From contig NC_134026.1 of NCBI RefSeq assembly GCF_964204645.1, forward strand, positions 22,168,150 to 22,232,149: a DNA stretch of 64,000 nt, in the 5' to 3' direction. This document shows, one piece after another, positions 55,336 through 64,000 of the stretch (positions are counted from its first letter, which is position 1; the number at the start of each line of letters is the position of its first letter). Source of the stretch: Tubulanus polymorphus. Its lineage: Eukaryota; Animalia; Nemertea. The translations under genes and the position numbers were made by a program. The notes beneath the pieces are model-generated. The model was not told where the DNA came from and searched no databases. It saw only the letters and a program-made list of their open reading frames with translations.

Positions 55336-56394
55336 TCTGAAAACTGAACGAAAGTCGCCAAAAAAGAAAAAGAAGTAGTAAGCTTTGTATTGAGCATGAC
55401 GCCAGTGCCTTGGTTTTGCTAATCATTATTATTCAGTCACCAAAATTTAGACAGTTGTTTCAAAGTGGTTTAATGATCATCGAATCCTAATTTGCTTTTA
55501 GTGAAACTGATCCACGAACATGTAATCACTTTCAAAACAAATTCATAGTTGCTGGAGTATCTTTTAGTTATTCACTATCAATCTGTATGATATGTCATTT
55601 ATTCAAGTAGAGACCTATTGATTATGTTAAATACGAATTCTCCATTCGATGATTAATTTCTAAATACATGTATTTACATTCCATCAGCTGGAATTATTTC
55701 AACTGTTAAGAGTTGGGATACACTCTCGGTATCAAAATGAAGATTCATATTATACAGACTAAAGATCGTGGAACTGGATCCATTTGACAATTTACGCTTT
55801 TTACCCTTTTTAACAGTATTTAAGTTATGTTGAAAATTATGTAATACATTTGTATGTGCAATCCATAAGAGATAATCAACTCTAGTATTAATGTATCTAC
55901 CTGTATGAAAGTGATTGAATTATGGTGCTGATCATTTAAAAAAACAAAATGCTTTATTTCTTATTCTTTACTGATCAATAAATGTAATTTTTATGAAACA
56001 TTTTTCAAAAGTTGATAATGTACATGTATTTATCATGAAAAGGAATACAACTGTCAATATTGTTTGCATTCCTTCCTTTATTTTCCATCCAATGATCTCT
56101 TTAAATGAAGTTTTAAATCTACTGAAATTTAGGTACATGTATCTACAGATCAAATGTTTAATTCTGAATCTGCTTTATATAATATCTTAACGATAATCTC
56201 TGTGATATTTAATTTCTGCGATTTACTGGGCTGGACCCAATTTTTTTTAAAAATTCCTTCTGCTGTGCAGAATTGATGTCATTTGTTGTAATTTGTTTTT
56301 TGATTCAGCAATAAAGTAGAGACCAGTTGAAATGACTGTTATATTTTCATTAATTCGCGTTGGTGTAGGTAGTGGTATCATGGATTCTCAATGT

Positions 56395-59270
56395 ATTGAT
56401 AAATGACGATTTTATCGAGAAATCAATCCGTCACGGATGAACCGTCGAAATAAAACAAAAGAATTTTTTCATCGATCAACACGCCGCGCTCCATCCCGCG
56501 TTATTATTTTAGTTCGCAGAAATTCCGCTAGAGTACCGTACGGTGCTGCCACCAAGTTATGTTTTTTCGCATGCTCACGTTACAATCCCCCGATTGCCAC
56601 AGTTGAGCTCACCGACGTTTTTTTTGTAATGCAATTGTAATATACCATGGATAAATATATTGATAAATGATGATTTTATTGAGAAACCAATCTGTCACGG
56701 TTGAACTGTCGAAATTAAACAAAAGAAATTTTTACATCGACGAACAGCGGCACCCCAGCCCTCGTTAGGGTTTTCTGACTGACTTTCGTCGAAAACCCTC
56801 TTGAAATTCTGTTGATTATTATTAGGGTTTTCTGACTTTCGTCGAAAACCCTCTTGAAATTCTGTTGATTATTATCATTATTATATATTTTCCGCCGATT
56901 TCGTCAAATAAAATTCATCTTCATTCAGATTCGGCAACTGACAGCTTCGAAACGAAATGTATAAATTGATACTGTAATAACGGTCTCTCTGAACAAACAG
57001 ATTGTCTGAAAGTACTTTCCATCCTATTTGAAACTTAAAATTACTTATTAGGTTACTGTAAATAAAGAATTGAATTGAATTGTACCCCGAAATGCGGTAG
57101 TCATATTATGCCTCTGGATCCGCCACTGTTGATAAATGACGATTTCATTGAGAAATCAATCCATCACGGATGAACCGTCGAAATAAAACAAAAGAATTTT
57201 TTCATCGATCAACACGCCGCGCTCCATCCCTCGTTATTATTTTAGTTCGCAGAAATTCCGCTAGGGTACCGTACCGTGCTGCCACCAAGTTATGTTTTTT
57301 TCGCATGCTCACGTTAGAATCCTCCAATTGCCACAGTTCGGCCCACCGACGTTTTTTGTAATGCAATTGTAGTAATATATCTTGGATAAATATATTGATA
57401 AATGATGATTTTATTGAGAAACCAATCTGTCACGGTTGAACTGTCGAAATAAAAGAAAAGAAATTTTTACATCGACGAACAGCGGCACCCCAGCCCGCGT
57501 TATTATTTTAGTTCGCAGAAATTCCGCTAGGGCACCGTACGGTGCTGCCACCAAGTTATGTTTTTTCGCATGCTCACTTTAGAATCCCCGATTGCCACAG
57601 TTGAGCCCACCGACGTTTTTTGTAATGGATTGTAGTAGTATATCATGAATAAATATATTCATAAATGATGATTTTATCGAGAAACCAATCCGTCACGCAT
57701 GAACCGTCGAAATAAAACAAAAGAATTTTTACATCGATGAACACGCGGCGCTCAAGCGCGCGTTATTATTTTAGTTCACAGAAATTCCGCTAGGGTACCG
57801 TACGGTGCTGCCACCAAATTATGTTTTTTCGCATGCTCACGTTACAATCCCCCGATTGCCACAGTTGAGCCCACCGACGTTTTTTGTAATGCAATTGTAG
57901 TAATATATCATGGATAAATATATTGATAAATGATGATTTCATTGAGAAACCAATCTGTCACTGTTGAACAGTCGAAATAAAACAAAAGAAATTTTTACAT
58001 CGACGAACAGCGGCACCCCAGCCCGCGTTATTATTTTAGTTCGCAGAAATTCCGCTAGGGTACCGTACGGTGCTGCCACCAAGTTACGTTTTTTCGCTTG
58101 CTCACGTGAGAATCCCTCGATTGCCACAGTTCAGCTCACCGACGTCTTTTGTAATGCAATTGTAGTAATACGTCTTGAATAATATATTGATAAATGAAGA
58201 TTTTATTGAGAAATCAATGCGTCACGGATGAACCATCGAAATAAAACAAAAGAATTTTTACATCGATGAACACGCGGTGCTCCATCCCGCGTTATTATTT
58301 TAGTTCACAGAAATTCCGCTAGGGTACCGTCCGGTGCTGCCACCAAGTTATGTTTTTTCGCATGCTCACGTTAGAATCCCCCGATTGCCACTGTTGAGCC
58401 CACCGACGTTTTTTGTAATGGAATTGTAGTAATATATCATGAATAAATATATTGATAAATGATGATATTATCGAGAAACCAATCCGTCACGGCTGAGCCG
58501 TCGAAAAAAACAAAATAATTTTTACATCGATGAACACGCGGTGCTCCATCCCGCGTTATTATTTTAGTTCACAGAAATTCCGCTAGGATACCGTACGGTG
58601 CTGCCACCAAGTTATGATTTTTCGCATGCTCATGTTAGAATCCCCCGATTGCCACAGTTCAGCTCAACGATGTTTTTGTTACAAAATCGTAGTGATATAA
58701 AAAATATATTGATAAATGATGATTTTATATAGAAACCAATCTGTCATGGATGAACTGTCTCTACCTTCAGTAGGCCACCTTCGGTTATCGGAGTTAGTCG
58801 ACTGTAGTCGAACTAAATGAAACCGAATCTCCGTTAGTCGGAACTATAGTCCGGAAATGGTCGACCACGCAATTGAGCACGGTCGCTACAGTTCGGACCT
58901 AGGTTCAAGACGGCCGACACTGTGAAATACGTTACGACTGAACTATATTGTGTTCCGTTATTAGTTCCGACCACTAGTCGACTAGCTACGAAAACCGAAG
59001 TTGGCCTAGACTGACTGCGAATGCAGGTGGCGCAGAATTGGACAGGCGACCAGTTTATTTTACATCGATGAAAAAGCATAGACTGGTTACCGGTCTCTAT
59101 CTTCGGGACAGGCAACCAGTCTATGAAAGCAGCGTTATTATTTTAGTTCGCAAAAATTCCTCTAGGGTACCGTACGGTGCTGCCACCAAGTTACGTTTTC
59201 TTCGCATGCCAGAGAGAAAATCCCTCGATTGCCGCAGTTAGGCTCACCGACATTTTTTGTGGGGCCGCAG
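56395..59270. repeat. ~264-bp satellite array with nested insertions
   Basis: The core GTGCTGCCACCAA is at 56543, 57276, 57542, 57805, 58070, 58334, 58598 and 59177. The array is interrupted at ~56766-57128 and ~58760-59130. Confidence 0.95.
58773..59006. mobile_element. MITE inserted in the satellite
   Basis: TA|GGCCACCTTCGGTT...AACCGAAGTTGGCC|TA, with internal TAGTCGAC repeats. Confidence 0.7.
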
Positions 59271-62200
59271 TAATATACTAATAAATGATTCGTTTATCTT
59301 TATGTCAAAATAAAACATCAAATTTTATCCTCAAACTTTATTCACTGCATCCGTAGAAGTATCCTTTGCCAATTCTTAAAAAACGAGTTTTGAGACAAAG
59401 ACATGGAACGGAAGACAACTACTTGTAATTTCATTATCACTCCAAGTTTATTCACCTGTTGTGTTCATGGTAAAGTTCTAACCACCTTATGGTCCATTAA
59501 TATGTACTACAGTAACAAGATTATTACTACTGGCTGACAATTTCAAATTTCGTATTCAAATTAGGCGATGATGATAATATGGGCTCGTAGATGTACATGG
59601 CTTCAGTAGCAAGAAGCTTTTTCATCACATAGCGCTACAAGCCCATCCTATCAACCATCAACCTAAACGTTATGGTTATTAACTTCTTCACGCTTATTTC
59701 ACGTGTTATCATCTATTTATATCAATAATATCATTTTTATGTTATCATTTATTTATATTGTTTTATCTACAGGTACAATGTATTTAGTTTGTTATACATA
59801 GGTCTACGTTTTTGTATCTATCTATTTTTGTCAACAAAATGATGGGAAACCACAGTGAAGATTAATGCATCTAACATTCATACAACTACAAAGTTTTTCA
59901 TTTTCGGCGTGGGACATAAATGCTTATATATTCACATACGTAATAACCATATCATGCCGATTTTCTATCCTTATGTACAAGGTTCAAAGCACAAAACACG
60001 TTCATGCGATTTGATGCGGATTGCACATGCATATTATTATGAAAAACTCGGGGTATAACATTTCACAAATGCCTAACAAGCATCTTACTCTCCCGTTTCA
60101 CAAGGATAATGGTGCAAAGAAATCTTGTTCCAAACAACTGCAGAATATAGCTAGAGGTCATTGTTTAAGCCATTGGTCAAACTTTAATTGGTCATATTGG
60201 TTTAATTAAGTGCTTAATTGGTATCTAATTAGGCTTTTACATGGACCCAGCAGCTAGGAATTCAGCATATGTAAGTTACAACATCTTTTGCCTCTTTACT
60301 CTATGAAAGTGTAGCTAATTTGGGGCATAACCTATTACATCTTTTTTGTCAATTTTCTCTAAATATATTCAAGGGGCACACAAGTCTGTCTACTAGACTG
60401 TCTGTGCGTGAATTGCTTTTGGAGGAATGAACTCTGAACAAGAAAATGAGTAGTAAAGTAACAACAGTAAATTTAAATCTCATAATTGTGAAAGCCAAAA
60501 CTTTTTTGAAAACAACGAATAAATAATTATAACTTCCTTCAGTCTTTCATTTCATCATACATGAGGACACAACAAGGATCCATCATCGTACAGGGTAGCC
60601 TGACATATATATTCACAGCCACCATTCATATATTTCTTCACATCACAAATGAATTTACATGTACAGATATACAATATGTACATGTCTATACATTAAACAT
60701 GTACACATCTGAGACCACAAATCAGATTAAGCTAGACGAGTAGGGGGATGTTACCTCTGTATGGATAGAGGGGGTTTAGCAGTCTTGGGTTAAGGCTGTA
60801 GCCCAAGTCAACCTATACTCGAGTTAGCGGAACTATAATTAAGGTAATATTTACTGACAGAATGTGTTGTTTCTCAGTTTCAAATCCACACATGGAATTT
60901 CGGAATGTTTTACAGTTTGCAAATCGAGTGCTTCTCTCATCAAAACGTGGCGGAATGATGATGAGTTGTCAGGAACACACGAGATATATTGGGCCCAATA
61001 TTTTTCACATGACACTTTTTACATATACACTACTACCTCTACTCAACAAAGACTGGCTCATGAACATACATATAGCGTTATATGTACTTCTGTCCGTACA
61101 CATAAACACTACATATATATGTGTTCATCTTAATCAATATATTATGTATGTGTTTTTTAACAATCATCACAGTTTATGATATAATATAATAATGTATTTA
61201 TTAATTTTGCCTACACGCATATTATTCACTGGCTAGAATCCTTTCGTATTTTGATAACATATCAGTAATAATAATAATAATAATGATAATAGAAAAAATA
61301 ATATTAATAACTGATATACCAGTAATATTTAATCAATTGTTACTGAATGACGATATATTATGACTTATAATGGAGGCATAATACATGTACGGAAAATAAT
61401 ACATTCTCCAACTCATTTTATTAAACGTAAACAAGTTTAATTAACATAAATACTTAGAGTAAACCGAGTAAGGTTTATCATATCGTACCATACATCGACA
61501 ATACTAGCTCTGAAAATTATTATCCTCTGAATTTGTCCGAGAAAAGATGCAACATTCTATATAAATAGATATTGTATATATATAAACAAAATGAAAATAA
61601 ATTTGATTTCTCATAATTTTCTTTTGAAACAACGTATACATAGAGCACACCACAATGGCTTTCTCTAAGAACAATCTATTCATAAATGTATAATTGCAAC
61701 TGACTAGCTACAGATCATGTGCATCGCCATTGTTTAATTCGAACTAAATGGTTCGAGTGACTTTGCACCTATCTGCTTTCTTATATGGCATTATCAATAT
61801 AGAATATTCCATCAATTTCAACTAGGACTCTTTTGTTCATAGATTTTCTACATCAGTCTATTTGTGTAAATAGATGTGAAGTTTATTTTGAAATGGCAAA
61901 TACGAAAGTGTATGAACAAAATATCGCTTAGATAAAACCCGCTTAAGATATATGCCGTTGACCTATAGCTTGTTCCTAGGTCCATCAATAACTAGATATG
62001 ATGAAAACCCTGATTTTCTTAGTGAATTATCTCATTCCACATGAATATGTTAGCCAATTTTGCGACCACAGTCAGCTCATAAACCAATATCTCGCAACTA
62101 TTTCAATTTCATCCTGTTTGAGAATTTACTGTTATTACTCTTAAGGCCAGCGAAAGGTGATCATACTTTGTATACAATATAAACTAAGATGATATTTCTA

Positions 62201-62870
62201 CAGACTCTGTGCGCCAAACGGATACATAACATTATTACTGTTTTATTTTACTTCATCTTATCAAATAGTGCCGTTGCTATCATCATGAGCACAGCAAAAT
62301 AATAAATAAATTAATCAATCCCAGCAATCAACGTTAATATTTTTACCATATATGAATTATTTAATGGAAGTTTGCTTTACATTTTTGTGTGTATTTTCTT
62401 AATTAGTTCACTAACTATATATAATACCCCCACATGTCCTGATGTCTGAGACGAACTTCTATGTGAACTGAATGATGCCTGTGTTAAGATGAGTAACCAA
62501 GTCCGCCAGTTTCGCGCTTTTTGGCATTTTTTCCCCATATATATTCGAGGAGGCGTCTCTATACCTCCCGAAGATACCAGATATACACAGCTGCTTTTTG
62601 AAATGAGAAGAATGAAATCGGTCGCCGCGTTTCTAGTTGTCATGTTTTTCCTTTGCGTTTGTTGTTGTTTTTTCGTCAATCTACCAGACATGGCGACTAC
62701 TTATAACGAGAACGAACCGATATTGTACGGATAGTTATAATAAGGATTAAGATCACCAGATGAAGATCTGCCCATCAGTATTTGTCATTGGTCGTCGCTG
62801 GCAGAGGGCTAAACGAGTTCGAACATACGTTTATATATTTTATACAACAGAGTGGCGCGTTGCGGGCTTA

Positions 62871-63061
62871 CTAACACTGACAGCCGCTGTTCTGTTGATT
62901 CGGGTTCTCCGTCAGACGCGTGCCCTTCGATTGATTGCTGACGATCGTCGGATCAGAGTCGAGGCTTTCGCTCATTTTGTCGCATATGATATCCACCAGT
63001 CGTTCGAATACGGCTTTAACGTTTATGTTCTCTTTCGCCGATGTCTCGAAAAACTCTAAAC
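62871..63061 (-). CDS. RAB3: Rab3 GTPase, last coding exon (rest of the gene lies beyond the window)
   Basis: [35 protein letters not shown]...GCQC* (CxC prenylation motif), preceded by a TTTTCAG acceptor. Confidence 0.92.
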
Positions 63062-63210
63062 CTGAAAATCGGGACAATGATAGAAAAACACGGATTAGAA
63101 AATGCCTTAACAAATATCGACCAATATTCACATCTTCTGAACAATGTCACATTAATGCAGCCAAAAAGGCAGTTAAAATTGGCTACTACACTTCTCTCTA
63201 TGTACATAGT

Positions 63211-63462
63211 AGCCACGATCGCACAAGCGTTTTTGGCCTGTTCCAAGTTTGGCCAGGAACTACTGTTCACACAGATGCCCACTGGACTTGGTTTGTTTGG
63301 CCCGGCCAAAAACATCGGACCAGGCCCGAGCCAAATTCTAGCATGGGTCAAATTATTGCTACAGGTTTCGGAAGTGACTCATTTCGCTTTGTTTAGGTGG
63401 CTTACATGTGAACGTACTCTCTTATGAGGCATGGGCCAAATCGCCTCCGTGTGATCGCGGCT
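63211..63462. mobile_element. Harbinger-like MITE in a Rab3 intron
   Basis: AGCCACGATCGCAC... / ...GTGTGATCGCGGCT inverted ends, with internal TTGGCC repeats. Confidence 0.55.
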
Positions 63463-64000
63463 GATGTTTAAGATTGTGTAAATGGAGAGAAAAGGGTTAA
63501 AGATAAGCAAAATTTGGCATAAACACAGATATAGACATCATCAGTAGGAAGTCAAATTCAGGACATGCATATCGTTGAAGCTAATTGCCCTATTCAGAAC
63601 GAGTTAATCATCTATCTATTACAGTAATATGTATATACATGGATACAATATTAGCATGCTCATTTTGACATCTGATAATTTGATTATTTACAACTATGAG
63701 CAACATGCCATAAATCTACTACGACTGATGTCTATAAGCGCTTCCTTCAGAAATCTGATGTCAACCTGACTACGACCTACACAAATAACCCGAGATAATT
63801 TCCGCCAAATCTTTTAAATGTCGACGTTAAAGTAGACACAGCAGGTGATGCCGCAAACCAACCCAGAGCAGTTACGCATCAAACAAACTCTTTTCGCGAC
63901 AATTAAACCGGAAATAACAGAAAGTTCACTTCACAAGTTGAAAATTAATTAAATTTCCCAGACGCAGTTGAATCGACCTTGCAATTATTTCCACTCCGAG

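Noticed and set aside
56437-59241. Repeated MNRRNKTKEFF ORFs as a peptide gene family
   Set aside because: Frames differ between units because of indels; they are satellite translations.

Overview
Eukaryotic, AT-rich animal genomic DNA with many short GT-AG introns (about 70-300 bp). It is probably a bilaterian invertebrate; the taxon cannot be fixed from sequence alone. Genes in order: the 3' portion of KNTC1/Rough deal (+); a repeat-rich 12-24 kb block containing a multi-exon spliced but non-coding unit; two tandem divergent actin paralogues (-), of which the more conventional one has an in-frame TAA and the highly derived one is intact; a two-exon FAM167-like gene (+); a decayed PHD-bearing DNA transposon with nested elements; an intronless Cactin (+); MTREX/Mtr4 (+); TLCD4/TMEM56 (+); an uncharacterised multi-pass membrane protein (+); a ~264-bp satellite; and the last exon of Rab3 (-). 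Non-genic highlights are three TSD-flanked Penelope-like mini-elements with hammerhead-ribozyme cores (one a palindrome with a core on each strand), an intronic tandem array of CTCF-consensus motifs, a satellite that shares its core with a nearby MITE TIR, and several unexplained structured-RNA candidates. All protein identities come from recalled motif similarity, not from database searches.
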